Positions 1 through 9,675 of a DNA stretch of 26,547 nt are shown in pieces. The notes under the pieces were generated by a model. The model ran no database searches and was not told where the DNA came from. It was given only the letters and a program-made list of their open reading frames with translations. Origin of the DNA: an uncultured Zetaproteobacteria bacterium (lineage in GTDB: Bacteria; Pseudomonadota; Zetaproteobacteria; Mariprofundales; Mariprofundaceae). The translations under genes were made by a program, and so were the position numbers. The first letter of the stretch is position 1; each line of letters begins with the position of its first letter. The DNA is taken from the NCBI GenBank assembly GCA_964597745.1, contig CAZQZF010000002.1:1-26547 (forward strand). Direction: 5' to 3'.

Positions 1-122
1 GCGGAATATAGTCCATTTTATTCATGAATAAACATGTTATATCTTTGTTTATTGAAATTCACAGTTTCAAATATCAATGATAAATCTAAAGTGGTCAAGT
101 CTTTTGTGGCCATTCCCTGAAT

Positions 123-154
123 CAATCATCACGACGATTCATGAATAGTGCAGG
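123..154 (-). repeat. Inverted copy of the left end of the MITE-like element at 12700
   Basis: caatcatcacgacgattcatgaatagtgcagg matches the reverse complement of 12700-12731 at 30/32 positions. Confidence 0.75.
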
Positions 155-298
155 ATAGGTCCAGGCCTTGCACCGCACATCGTCCTGGCAGGCATTTTGG
201 CATATAGCAGGGTTTGCCGTTGCCGGTACAAAATCACGAAAATCATTCCAGCGACGATCCGTATCCTGTTCCATGCCGTTGGCGCCCTGTTTCGTGCC

Positions 299-2131
299 TC
301 AGGCATGGGTAGTCACTGATTTGAGCGCATTGCGTTTACCATGCCAGCCGTTCCCGGCGGCAGGATCGGCATCACAATAACTCCAGGTGCCGGAAAATGT
401 ATTGAACCCGCGATCAAATTTCCATTTGATTCGCCCCCAATAGCGGCTCCCATCGCGTTCGGATGCACATTGCTGATGCGAACTGTTTTCAACCCAGTAA
501 CCAGTCATATCGTCGCCCTTTCGTTGCAACAGCAAACGACCATGATCTTCTTGATTATAAAACCCGATATACTTTCCTCCACTGGCATCCAGCAAGCCCA
601 TTGCACCCTCGCTGGAATCCCATGACGTCCACTCTCCGGCACCAAGGTGCTGGACATAAACCGGCACCGTCAATGCCGCATCAAAAGAAACAACCTCATT
701 GGCAACGCCATCAGCCTTGACCTCAATGCCTTTAACAACCCGTTCACCCACACCTTCTATACCCATTGGGCTGATATGGAGATCGTATCTGCCCGCCGCC
801 AGTTTAATCTCCAGAGGCGTATTAGCGCCGATATACGGCATGGTCTCGAATATATGTTTTTTATCTCCAACCTGTGTTACATAGATCTCGGCCTTGGCCG
901 GGGTTTTGTTGACCTCCGCAGTTACCCGCAATGTTCCCGACTCAAAACGAACTGTTTTTTCCACGATTTTACCCGCTGATGTGAGATTGATATCCTCGCT
1001 GAACGGGGGGATGGATGACTTTGGAATCTGTGCCGTTAACCGGTATTTCCCCGGCAATACCTTGACATCATAGGGCGTTTTGACACCACGCATGGTGAAT
1101 GTGGAATAGGTGGCCGTGTCAAATACGGTCTTTCCGGACGCCAGATTCTTCAGATTGATTTGGACGACTACCGGCTTGCCGTTATTGGTCGCAATCAAAT
1201 GCAAGGTGGATTGATTGAAATCAAGCGCCTTCGTTACCGTCTTGCCCGAATCGATCTTGATGCCGCTCACAACCATTGGCGACACGCCATGCAGTCCTGC
1301 CGGATAGGTTTCAAGTTTATAGGTGCCGGGCTGCAAGTGCCAAATATGTCCCGGTTTCACACCCGCATCGCTGGTAAGCTCAGTCAAACCGATAGAACCT
1401 TGTCCGACAAGTTTCACCCAGGCATTCACGGGTTTGCCATTGCTTCGTAGTGTCAGCTTGAGTATTCCCGGCCCTTTGGATTTCACCGCCTTGCGAGCGG
1501 ACTTCAGCAGCTCCTCGGCATTATTGGCCTGAAAATACTGACCGCCACCGGCCTTGGCCATGCATTGCAGCTGCGCACTCTCTTTCTTGCTGAGGCCAAA
1601 ACCGACCGTGTGCAGGATGAATTTGACACCGGATGTCTTGGCCGCTTTCACCGCCGCGCAGGGGTCGCCGCCGCAGCTTTCGATGCCATCACTGACAAGC
1701 ACGACAGTCGAGGCGTCTTCTTCGGCGCGCAACAGCCCGATGGCCTGGTTCACCGAACGGGTCAAGGGTGTTTTACCCTTGGCATTCAATCCCTTCACTG
1801 CGCCCAGCACAGCTTGTTTGTGATTCCCGCCTAGCTTCACCAGTGTTTCCACATCATTGCAATCGCCCTTGCGTCGGTGCCCGTAGGCAATCAGACCAAT
1901 GCGGCTATTATCCGGTAATTCAGGCGCCAGTTTGGTCATCACCTCCTTGGCGATGGCGATCTTGGGTTTTCCATTGATCTGCCCCCACATGCTGCCCGAG
2001 GCATCGAGGATAAAGAGGGTATTGAAACCTTGCCCTGTATTGTCTTCCGCCTGCACTGTTGGCACCATCGCGAATGCAGATAAGATTATGGCAAACATCG
2101 ACACCCCCGATCGTTTTATATTGAATATCAT
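299..2131 (-). CDS. Secreted vWA-domain protein with repeated beta-sandwich-like segments
   Basis: Signal-peptide-like N-terminus (…VPTVQA|E); MIDAS motif LFILDASGSM, TPL and VSDG; three similar segments (PGTYKL, PGKYRL, AGRYDL). ATG 2131 follows GGGGAG; the ORF track start at 2182 is a GTG alternative. Confidence 0.8.
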   Translation of the reverse strand: MIFNIKRSGVSMFAIILSAFAMVPTVQAEDNTGQGFNTLFILDASGSMWGQINGKPKIAIAKEVMTKLAPELPDNSRIGLIAYGHRRKGDCNDVETLVKLGGNHKQAVLGAVKGLNAKGKTPLTRSVNQAIGLLRAEEDASTVVLVSDGIESCGGDPCAAVKAAKTSGVKFILHTVGFGLSKKESAQLQCMAKAGGGQYFQANNAEELLKSARKAVKSKGPGILKLTLRSNGKPVNAWVKLVGQGSIGLTELTSDAGVKPGHIWHLQPGTYKLETYPAGLHGVSPMVVSGIKIDSGKTVTKALDFNQSTLHLIATNNGKPVVVQINLKNLASGKTVFDTATYSTFTMRGVKTPYDVKVLPGKYRLTAQIPKSSIPPFSEDINLTSAGKIVEKTVRFESGTLRVTAEVNKTPAKAEIYVTQVGDKKHIFETMPYIGANTPLEIKLAAGRYDLHISPMGIEGVGERVVKGIEVKADGVANEVVSFDAALTVPVYVQHLGAGEWTSWDSSEGAMGLLDASGGKYIGFYNQEDHGRLLLQRKGDDMTGYWVENSSHQQCASERDGSRYWGRIKWKFDRGFNTFSGTWSYCDADPAAGNGWHGKRNALKSVTTHA

Positions 2132-2178
2132 GCTTTTCTCCCCATGATCTCCATTGCGATGCAAGTTGTGTTTCAGAG

Positions 2179-2970
2179 TCACCCGTCAATAAGCCTCCCG
2201 ATGCCTCCCAGCACCGAGCCTTCTCCCTTATCACTGCCGCCGTGAGCCGGGGCGCTGGACAGAATACGATCGGCCATACGTGAGAATGGCAGGCTTTGCA
2301 GCCATACCTTGCCGTAGCCTTGCAAGGTAGCCATAAACAAACCCTCGCCGCCGAACACCATGCTCTTGAGATTCCCCGCCCGCTCGATGTCGTAGTCAAT
2401 GGATGGTTGAAAAGCCACCAGACACCCGGTATCAACGCGCAGTGTTTCACCGTGCAATTCCTTTTCAATCACCGTGCCCCCGGCGTGAATGAACACCATG
2501 CCGTCGCCGTTCATCTTTTGTAAAATAAAACCCTCGCCACCGAAGAAACCGACGCCCATCCGTTTGGTAAAGGCAATATCCAGTTTCGTGCCCAGCGCGG
2601 CGCATAAAAAGGCATCCTTCTGGCACAGCAGTTCCCCGCCAATCGTGGACAGGTCAATGGGGATGATGGAACCGGGATAGGGCGCGGCAAAAGAGACATG
2701 GCTCTTGCCGCTGCCGTTGTGTGTAAAATGGGTCATGAACAATGATTCGCCGGTGATGGCTCGTTTTCCGGCGTTCAACAGCTTGCCGAACAGACCGCTC
2801 TCCGCTGATGACCCATCGCCCATCTTCGCCTCAAACGAGATGCCCTCCTCCATATAGGTCATGGCCCCGGCTTCGGCGATCACCGTCTCGCCGGGGTCCA
2901 GTTCCACCTCAACCATCTGCATATCGTGACCGATTATTTTATAGTCCACTTCATGTGATTGCCTGCTCAT
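2179..2970 (-). CDS. TIGR00266/AIM24 family protein
   Basis: [65 protein letters not shown] motifs. Confidence 0.9.
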   Translation of the reverse strand: MSRQSHEVDYKIIGHDMQMVEVELDPGETVIAEAGAMTYMEEGISFEAKMGDGSSAESGLFGKLLNAGKRAITGESLFMTHFTHNGSGKSHVSFAAPYPGSIIPIDLSTIGGELLCQKDAFLCAALGTKLDIAFTKRMGVGFFGGEGFILQKMNGDGMVFIHAGGTVIEKELHGETLRVDTGCLVAFQPSIDYDIERAGNLKSMVFGGEGLFMATLQGYGKVWLQSLPFSRMADRILSSAPAHGGSDKGEGSVLGGIGRLIDG

Positions 2971-2997
2971 TCATATTCTCCTTTATTGTTTTTCTCT

Positions 2998-3073
2998 CGC
3001 CAAGACGCAAAGATCGCCAAGTTTAGAACCATATCCGTTCATCTTGTCTTTGCGTGCTTCGCGGCTTTGCGCG
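2998..3073. repeat. Intergenic imperfect hairpin built from CGC(A/C)AAG-type short repeats
   Basis: cgccaagacgcaaagatcgccaag pairs imperfectly with ctttgcgtgcttcgcggctttgcg; a similar arm lies at about 4105-4128. Confidence 0.55.
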
Positions 3074-3082
3074 ACCCCGCTT

Positions 3083-3772
3083 TTACCGCCTGCTAATGCC
3101 CTGCATTAATTTGCCCATTCCCCCCATTTGTTGTGGCTTGGCCGGCAGTTCAAACATGGAGCCGGGGATGGCATGTGTATCCATGGACTGCAATCGCACA
3201 CCATCATCCAGACGCAACATAGCCATGTTTTTCATGGATGCATCCTTTGGTAGCTGATTCGCAGGATTTTCATCGGACATCATCCCCATTGTTGCTTTGG
3301 TGACTTCCATCAGTCCCGATACCGCATCCTTCAAATCCTGATTCGGGCCAAGTACGACTTCATGTTGCTTTCCCCGTTCTACAAATCGATACACCTTGCC
3401 CTCAATTCCAGCGATGGTTTCAGTCCGACCGGTATCCTCGTACTTAATCTGGCTCTCCGTTGCATGCGTGACATGGCTGCCTTTCCCGCCTCTGCCCATA
3501 GCCGCCATCATATCAGCCAGCTGACTCATATCCTGAACCACTTTGCCAGTGATAGAATAAACCTTGTCGCCCAGTTTCAGCATGCTCATATTGTTGGCGC
3601 CACTCTTCATATCGATACGGACATGCTGCTTGTCCACATACCGGATGGTTTGCATAGCATGGCCGTCCGGCGAGGTCATCTTGTAAACCGCCGTTACATC
3701 CGCAAACGCGCCTTGCGCCCCTATCAGCGCCATACCTGCCAGCACAGCTATTGAATAGATTTTTTTCTTCAT
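3083..3772 (-). CDS. Secreted hypothetical protein, DUF4412-like
   Basis: Start MKKKIYSIAV after GGAGG; signal peptide …GAFA|D; DTGRTETIAGIEG…Y segment and MFELPA tail resemble DUF4412-like proteins (family call tentative). Confidence 0.65.
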   Translation of the reverse strand: MKKKIYSIAVLAGMALIGAQGAFADVTAVYKMTSPDGHAMQTIRYVDKQHVRIDMKSGANNMSMLKLGDKVYSITGKVVQDMSQLADMMAAMGRGGKGSHVTHATESQIKYEDTGRTETIAGIEGKVYRFVERGKQHEVVLGPNQDLKDAVSGLMEVTKATMGMMSDENPANQLPKDASMKNMAMLRLDDGVRLQSMDTHAIPGSMFELPAKPQQMGGMGKLMQGISRR

Positions 3773-3864
3773 GTTTTTCCTCCTTATCATTGTCTCGCAC
3801 TGTCCTCTTGTTCGGTAGTCATCAATTATCCAGTCTTGCCGGAAATCAATCATTGCTGCATGAA

Positions 3865-3887
3865 CCCAACCCGACAAAGCCGGAACC
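3865..3887. repeat. Dispersed short repeat, with an inverted copy at 12084-12107
   Basis: cccaacccgacaaagccggaacc equals the reverse complement of ggttccggctttggtcgggttggg apart from one indel. Confidence 0.6.
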
Positions 3888-3898
3888 AAAACCCTTTG

Positions 3899-4002
3899 AA
3901 CCACGAATGAACGCGAATAGACATGAATAAAGCTCAAAGGCATATAGGATTGATTCTGGTTTTGTTTTTAACATTCGCGTGTATTCGCGTCCATTCGTGG
4001 TT
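3899..4002. repeat. 30-bp inverted repeat of tandem decamers (ACGCGAAT-type)
   Basis: 3899-3928 versus the reverse complement of 3973-4002: 26/30 identical; the left arm recurs at 7590-7623. Confidence 0.75.
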
Positions 4003-4051
4003 CGCCTCTCATGTTTCTTCTTCCGTATATATGCTTTTTTTCAACATCTTA

Positions 4052-4080
4052 AATTTCCCCGCAGCAAGCTACGGGGAATT
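4052..4080. repeat. GC-rich palindromic hairpin
   Basis: aatttccccgcagcaagctacggggaatt; stem ttccccg/cggggaa plus agc/gct. Confidence 0.55.
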
Positions 4081-4147
4081 GAACCCATAGAGATTAACGC
4101 CTTTCCTTTGCGATCTTTGCGCCTCTGCGAGAAAATTATTAGTCAGA

Positions 4148-4639
4148 TTATCGCATCCGCCGAACCAGATCATTCGTCGAAAGCATGCGATCGAGAAACA
4201 GGATGCCATCGAGGTGATCTACTTCATGCTGAATGACCCTGGCCTCAAACCCCCTCGCTTCCAGATCATGGCTCCCGCCTGTCAGATCCCGGTAGAGAAC
4301 ATGAATGCGGCTTGCCCTCGGCACCAGACCCACCCAGTCCGGTACGGATAGACAACCCTCCCTGCCCAGGACCTCATCTCCCTCAAATGTAGTCATCTCG
4401 GGATTGATTAGATATAACGGGCCGTGGTTACGGCACGGGCGTTTTGACAGGGAACAATCAATGGCAATGGCGCGAATTCCGCTGCCCACCTGCGGGGCGG
4501 CAATGCCGACGCCACCGGGAGGCTGGCGCATCAGGCCATCCAGATCACCCATAAAGCCCTCAAGATTCCTATCAAACCGGCTGACCGGCTGAGCTGAAAA
4601 ACGTAATCTTGGGTCCGGAAGACGCAGGATTTTCAGCAT
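4148..4639 (-). CDS. def: Peptide deformylase
   Basis: GVGIAAPQVG, EGCLS and QHEVDHLDG motifs. Confidence 0.95.
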   Translation of the reverse strand: MLKILRLPDPRLRFSAQPVSRFDRNLEGFMGDLDGLMRQPPGGVGIAAPQVGSGIRAIAIDCSLSKRPCRNHGPLYLINPEMTTFEGDEVLGREGCLSVPDWVGLVPRASRIHVLYRDLTGGSHDLEARGFEARVIQHEVDHLDGILFLDRMLSTNDLVRRMR

Positions 4640-4664
4640 AGCTCCTTAGCCTACCCGTAAAAGG

Positions 4665-5201
4665 TTAAAGAACGCTGGTTTCCAGGGGATGCGCCTCAAT
4701 ATCGACATTGATGGCTCTGGCGACTCCGGCCAGACGGGCCTGGAGTTCATTCATTGACTCGGCGGTTGCAACTTCCAGGACCATTGTGTATTTCTCTTCC
4801 TCATCACCGTCAGACACCGTGCGGGTGGACAGATCTACAATCGAGCTGCCTGCTTCCGCCATGGCCGCGGTCACGGCATGGACAATGCCCGGCCTGTCGG
4901 CCCCGCTGACGGTCACCATACAATTCGGTTCGGGGCCCCTGGAGGAGACTTCTTCATCCGTCAGCGGTCTGGATTGTACGGTGAGACCGGTCCGCTGCTC
5001 CAGCCCGGCAAGTGACGCCCTTAGGCCGCTGATACCGGAACCTTTGGTTAGACGCACAATCAGCATCATCACAAAACTTCCCCTCAGGGTCGTCATGGAT
5101 GAATCTTCAATATTGGCATTCAGATGAAGCAGGGACTCGGACAGGTCCCGGACAATACCAGGCCGGTCACGACCGGACACCGAAAGTAAAACATAGTTCA
5201 T
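4665..5201 (-). CDS. Tandem ACT-domain protein (GcvR-like)
   Basis: Two ACT motifs, SVSGRDRPGIV and TVSGADRPGIV; start MNYVLL after GAGGAGGG. Confidence 0.85.
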   Translation of the reverse strand: MNYVLLSVSGRDRPGIVRDLSESLLHLNANIEDSSMTTLRGSFVMMLIVRLTKGSGISGLRASLAGLEQRTGLTVQSRPLTDEEVSSRGPEPNCMVTVSGADRPGIVHAVTAAMAEAGSSIVDLSTRTVSDGDEEEKYTMVLEVATAESMNELQARLAGVARAINVDIEAHPLETSVL

Positions 5202-5251
5202 GATTCCCTCCTCGTCACTATACTCCTGGAAACCGCAGCTGCGGTTTCTAA

Positions 5252-5593
5252 TTAAACAGTAAAGGACATGCCACAGCCACATTCACCCTTTTTATTCGGA
5301 TTGCTGAACACAAATCCTGACGAAAGCGCATCCTCCTGATAATCGAGCCTCAGGCCGGCCAATGCCTTCCGGTATGACTCGGCATCGATATAGACGGAAA
5401 ACCCGTCACAGGTCTTGATATAATCATTGTCGGCCGGGGCTTCAGCGTACTCCATCACGTATTCCAGACCTGAGCAACCCGCCTCCCTGACGGAAATCCG
5501 CACGCCGTTGCAGTCATGCGCCTTTACACTGCGGCGGAGCTGCCGCATGGCGGCATTGGTCAATTCAATATCAGGTTCAGAATGCTTATTCAA
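5252..5593 (-). CDS. iscA: A-type Fe-S carrier, IscA/HesB family
   Basis: GCSGLEY and C-terminal CGCGMSF. Confidence 0.9.
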   Translation of the reverse strand: MNKHSEPDIELTNAAMRQLRRSVKAHDCNGVRISVREAGCSGLEYVMEYAEAPADNDYIKTCDGFSVYIDAESYRKALAGLRLDYQEDALSSGFVFSNPNKKGECGCGMSFTV

Positions 5594-5604
5594 TTTTCAA
5601 TCTC

Positions 5605-6798
5605 CTAACCCGCGCCGGCCATGATTTGCAGACGCTGACGTATGGCGCACAACTCATCAACCAGGGCTAACACGTCATCCAGCGAATTTTCCGGTCCAAG
5701 GCTGAGCCTTACGCTACTCCCTGCAATCTCAGGTGTTAGGCCCATGGCCATCAAAACATGCGAGGGATCGCGCTTGCCCGATGAACAGGCGGAGCCGGAG
5801 GCCAGGGCAAAACCGGCAAGGTCCAGTTGCATCAACAGCGTTTCACCATCCAGACCGGGCACGCTAAACATGCTGGTATTGGCCAGGCGTTCGACCTCCT
5901 CTGAAAAAATTCTTGCATCCTGAATGCGTTTATGGAGGCGTTTTTCAAAGGCATCTCTGATCGATTTCAGGGCGGAGAAATCGATTATGCCAAGGGCGGC
6001 GGCAAAGCCGGCAATGCCGGCTACATTTTCCGTTCCCGAACGTCTGCCTCGCTCCTGACCGCCGCCGGGGGCCAGTTCCATGAGCTTTCTGCCGCGGCGT
6101 ATAACCAGGGCGCCGACACCCTTGGGACCGCCAATCTTATGTGCGGAAAAGGAGACAAAATCGGCGCCCCAGACGGACAGATCTACCGGTATCTTTCCAA
6201 GCGCCTGAACGGCGTCAACCAGCAGGGGTATGGATTGATCACGACATAATGCCCCGACCTCCGCGACCGGCTGAATGGCGCCGGTCTCGTTATTGGCCGC
6301 CATCAGACACGTCAGCCGCGTATCCGGCGTCAGCGCATCGGCAACTGCGTCAACTGGAATCACGCCGTTTCCGGAAGGCATGATGGTTACAACCTCCCAG
6401 CCGGAATCAGCCAGACGCTGCACGGGTTTCAGCACCGACGGGTGTTCAATGGCTGAAACCACGATCCGCCCGCATGGCTTATCCGCCAGCCATCCCTGAA
6501 TGGCGATATTATTCGCCTCGGTCCCGCCCGATGTAAACACAATGGATGCGGCTTCAGTGTGGACAAATTGAGCCAGGCGATCCCTGGCATCATCGATTAA
6601 TCGGCGGGCAGCCCGCCCCGCCCAATGGATACTGGAGGCATTTCCAGGGGTCTGTCTGGCGGCAGCAATCAATTGTACCGCTGATTCTTCCAGTATTGGA
6701 CAGGTGGCATTATGATCCAGATAGCGTTGCAAGATCCTAGCCCGAATTTTCGGACACACTACTTTCGGAACAATAATTTTCGACCGGAGCAAGCTCAA
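5605..6798 (-). CDS. iscS: Cysteine desulfurase (IscS/NifS group)
   Basis: YLDHNAT, FTSGGTEAN, SAHKIGGPKG (PLP Lys), GSACSSG. The true start may be TTG at 6732, just after the iscR stop. Confidence 0.9.
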   Translation of the reverse strand: MSLLRSKIIVPKVVCPKIRARILQRYLDHNATCPILEESAVQLIAAARQTPGNASSIHWAGRAARRLIDDARDRLAQFVHTEAASIVFTSGGTEANNIAIQGWLADKPCGRIVVSAIEHPSVLKPVQRLADSGWEVVTIMPSGNGVIPVDAVADALTPDTRLTCLMAANNETGAIQPVAEVGALCRDQSIPLLVDAVQALGKIPVDLSVWGADFVSFSAHKIGGPKGVGALVIRRGRKLMELAPGGGQERGRRSGTENVAGIAGFAAALGIIDFSALKSIRDAFEKRLHKRIQDARIFSEEVERLANTSMFSVPGLDGETLLMQLDLAGFALASGSACSSGKRDPSHVLMAMGLTPEIAGSSVRLSLGPENSLDDVLALVDELCAIRQRLQIMAGAG

Positions 6799-7216
6799 TA
6801 TCCCCCAAGCCTACCTTGCCCTGACATACTTCTTCGAGACTGACCACATCCAGAAACCTGAATATATGTTCCCGAAGGGATATCCACAAATCATGCGTGG
6901 AACAGCGTTTGCCATTGCGGCAGCCAGGCATGGCATCCCGGCACACGGTTGTCCGTATGGGCTCATCTACGGCACGGATAACATCGGCAACTGAAATCTC
7001 GGCGGCCGGGCGGCTCAGCAGATAGCCGCCCCCGGGTCCACGGGTGGAGGTCACCAGCCCGTTTTCACGTATGCGGCGAAAGAGCTGCTCAAGATACGAT
7101 AATGAAATGTATTGCCGCTGGGATATTTTCGACAATGCTACAGGACCATTGGTCTGATGCCTGGATAAATCAACCATGGCGGATACAGCATATTGGCCCC
7201 TTGTGGTCAAACGCAT
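6737..7216 (-). CDS. iscR: Fe-S cluster regulator IscR (Rrf2 family)
   Basis: MRLTTRGQYAV, SLSYLEQLF, STRGPGGGY; C…C…C..H ligand pattern (VCRDAMPGCRNGKRCSTH); RBS CAGGAGG. Confidence 0.9.
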   Translation of the reverse strand: MRLTTRGQYAVSAMVDLSRHQTNGPVALSKISQRQYISLSYLEQLFRRIRENGLVTSTRGPGGGYLLSRPAAEISVADVIRAVDEPIRTTVCRDAMPGCRNGKRCSTHDLWISLREHIFRFLDVVSLEEVCQGKVGLGDIELAPVENYCSESSVSENSG

Positions 7217-7265
7217 AAAAACCTCCTGTTTTCTACATCTAGATGTAGAACGGGCATACAAGATG

Positions 7266-7297
7266 ATCCTATATACCTGATTGTTTTAGTCAACTAT
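7266..7297 (-). promoter_or_regulatory. IscR type-1 operator overlapping a sigma70-like promoter
   Basis: Minus strand 7297-7273 reads ATAGTTGACTAAAACAATCAGGTAT, 24/25 to the consensus ATASYYGACTRWWWYAGTCRRSTAT; -35 TTGACT (7293-7288), 16-nt spacer, -10 TAGGAT (7271-7266). Confidence 0.8.
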
Positions 7298-7298
7298 T

Positions 7299-7537
7299 AT
7301 CCTAGAAAAAGCAGTTGGAAGTGCGTGCAGAGTGGAAGGTATTGATTCGGGGCATCCGTGCCCCTCACCCTTCGGGCGGCTTGCAGCCGTCCAAACGGCT
7401 GTCCTGCCTTTTTGTGATTTGAAGGGCGTAATGAAAAAATGCGTCGTCACCTTATTGGTGATGAGCACTTTTTTCATATAGCCAGGCGAATCAAGAACTT
7501 GCGCTATGTGTGTGCGGCCAACTGCTTTTTCTAGGAT
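7299..7537. mobile_element. MITE-like element, 239 bp, with perfect 20-bp terminal inverted repeats
   Basis: atcctagaaaaagcagttgg (7299-7318) and ccaactgctttttctaggat (7518-7537); internal hairpin ggggca-tccg-tgcccc (7349-7364); no transposase. Confidence 0.6.
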
Positions 7538-7589
7538 TATAAAGATATTCCCTAACCCAACGTAGCCGGAGCCAGACAGGGCAATATCG

Positions 7590-7623
7590 AACCGCGAATG
7601 AACGCAAATAGACACGAATAAAG
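7590..7623. repeat. Second copy of the decamer-repeat arm at 3899
   Basis: 31/34 identical to 3899-3932. Confidence 0.7.
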
Positions 7624-7638
7624 TCAAAGGCAATGGGT

Positions 7639-8385
7639 TTAAATACCACCGCCGCCCAGGAACCGTTCAAGCGCCCTGTGCTCTTTCTGTATGTCCTGCT
7701 GGGCTCCGGATTGTCTCTCCTCATCAGGTTGCCCGGAATGCCCCTGGAACTCGTCCACACGAGTATTAACATCATCAATAAGATGCAGCATATGCTCAAT
7801 GGCGCGGGCAATGGGATCGGGCATTAAATGGTGATCAAGGTTGACTCTCCCATCAACAATGGTCTCCGCCGCCCCCACAACGCAACCCGGTATACCAACG
7901 ACGGTTGAATGCGGCGGGACGTTGCGAAACACCACCGAATTGGCGCCGATCCTTGAATGTTCGCCAATGGTGATAGCGCCCAGAACCTTGGCGCCGGCGC
8001 CAACAATGACTCCCTCCTTCAGTGTGGGATGCCGCTTTTCCTTTTCTTTGGTGGTTCCCCCCAGGGTCACGCCGTGATACAGGGTTACATCATCTTCTAT
8101 CTCGGTTGTTTCGCCAATGACAACGCCCATGCCATGATCGATAAAAAACCTTCTGCCAATCATGGCGCCAGGGTGAATTTCAATGCCGGTGAACCAGCGT
8201 GCGAGGTGTGAAAGAAGCCTGCCCAACCACCGGCAATGGCGAATCCAGAGCCAATGAGAGACTCTGTGAAACCATATGGCATGCAAGCCCGGATAACAGG
8301 TCAGGATCTCCCATCTTGAACGGGCGGCGGGATCTCGATCAAAAACAATGGCAATATCTTCTTTAACGGTCTCGTAAACAGTCAT
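7639..8385 (-). CDS. cysE: Serine O-acetyltransferase
   Basis: [42 protein letters not shown] hexapeptide region. Confidence 0.95.
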   Translation of the reverse strand: MTVYETVKEDIAIVFDRDPAARSRWEILTCYPGLHAIWFHRVSHWLWIRHCRWLGRLLSHLARWFTGIEIHPGAMIGRRFFIDHGMGVVIGETTEIEDDVTLYHGVTLGGTTKEKEKRHPTLKEGVIVGAGAKVLGAITIGEHSRIGANSVVFRNVPPHSTVVGIPGCVVGAAETIVDGRVNLDHHLMPDPIARAIEHMLHLIDDVNTRVDEFQGHSGQPDEERQSGAQQDIQKEHRALERFLGGGGI

Positions 8386-8386
8386 T

Positions 8387-9667
8387 TCAACCTACCCGTA
8401 TGCTCTTCAAGGTTTTTTCGGATCCACAGAAACTCCACATGGGCTGCTCCTTCAATTGCTTTCCGGCCCAGGCGCGAAGTTCATGATAATCAACTTTTTC
8501 CAGGGCATCGATCCAGTATGACAGCGGTCGAACCTCCATCTCATCAAAACGGGCGCCAAGGCGGAACATATTCTGCTCGACTGAATCCATTCCCATCCTT
8601 ATCTGGATTTGCAACTGCTTCTTTGCCCTGATGAATTCTTCCTGGGCCGGCCCCTGTTCGATGAATTTGTTGATGGTCTGTTCAATCACATCCATACTCT
8701 CTCTCAACCGTTCAGGCTCCGTTGCGCCGTAAACCGTCCATATGCCCGTATCACTGAAACTGGAAACCTGCGATCCTATTGAATAGGCCAGGCCCCGCTT
8801 CTCACGCACCTCCTGAAACAGGTATGAGCTCATACCCCCGCCAAGCATCTGGTTGGCCAGCCAGGCAATGGGCCTTTGCCGGGAAGCGGCATGAATCCCG
8901 GGAAATGATATTGAAAAATACGCCTGCTCAATCTCCCGAATCAGGGTTTGCATCCCATGATGGCGATTGGGCTTGCCACGCATCGGTTTTGTCCTGGCCC
9001 GAGGCCAGTCAAGGCTCGTCAGGACCTGAACTAACTCATTGTGTTCGATGCGACCGGCGGCCGCAACCAGCAGGCGCGGCGGCCGGTAAGTTGACTGCAG
9101 ATAACCGAGCAGATCCTCTTGAGTCATTCGCATCAGGGCATCCGGATTGCCGAGCACGGGCAAGCCGATCTTCTGATCCGGAAAAAGCGCCTGAAAATGC
9201 CGGTCCATGAGCCACTCTTCAGGGGAATCTTCAAGCAGATGCATCTCGGAAAAAATTACTCCGCGTTCCCGCTGCCATTCGATGACCGGAATGGTTGCCG
9301 AGAGCAATAGTTCAGTTAGCAGATCGAGTGCTTCAGGCCAGTCTTCAAAGAGACAATGTGAATGGAAACAGGTCCGTTCATGCGTGGTAAACGCATTGAC
9401 ATGACCACCGAGGTTGTCCATCCGGAGACTTATTCCCTTGGCATCGTGCTGCTCCGTTCCCTTAAACAGCATGTGTTCAAGCGCATGAGAAATGCCAGCT
9501 TGCTCTGAATCCTCATCCCGGCTTCCCGCATCAACCCACATACCGAGACTGACTGTCTGAACATCGGGCATGAACTGACTGATAACCAGGGGACCGCCCG
9601 GAACCTGTGTCTCATGGAGGGTGTTCCGGCTATTCATTGCGAAAATAACTGTTTGCCGCAGAGGCAC
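8387..9667 (-). CDS. M16 family zinc peptidase
   Basis: GSRDE, inverted zinc motif [40 protein letters not shown]; start may be ATG 9637. Confidence 0.9.
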   Translation of the reverse strand: MPLRQTVIFAMNSRNTLHETQVPGGPLVISQFMPDVQTVSLGMWVDAGSRDEDSEQAGISHALEHMLFKGTEQHDAKGISLRMDNLGGHVNAFTTHERTCFHSHCLFEDWPEALDLLTELLLSATIPVIEWQRERGVIFSEMHLLEDSPEEWLMDRHFQALFPDQKIGLPVLGNPDALMRMTQEDLLGYLQSTYRPPRLLVAAAGRIEHNELVQVLTSLDWPRARTKPMRGKPNRHHGMQTLIREIEQAYFSISFPGIHAASRQRPIAWLANQMLGGGMSSYLFQEVREKRGLAYSIGSQVSSFSDTGIWTVYGATEPERLRESMDVIEQTINKFIEQGPAQEEFIRAKKQLQIQIRMGMDSVEQNMFRLGARFDEMEVRPLSYWIDALEKVDYHELRAWAGKQLKEQPMWSFCGSEKTLKSIRVG

Positions 9668-9675
9668 AGAGGAAT

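Noticed and set aside
190-260. GGCAAACC on the minus strand as a c-di-GMP-I riboswitch
   Set aside because: The rest of the GEMM pattern is absent and the site is downstream of a gene
1920-2468. 182-aa minus-strand ORF
   Set aside because: Alternative frame overlapping both the AIM24 and vWA genes, with no recognisable family
7286-7811. ORFs across the cysE-iscR gap
   Set aside because: They run through the TIR element and repeats; non-coding structure explains the region better
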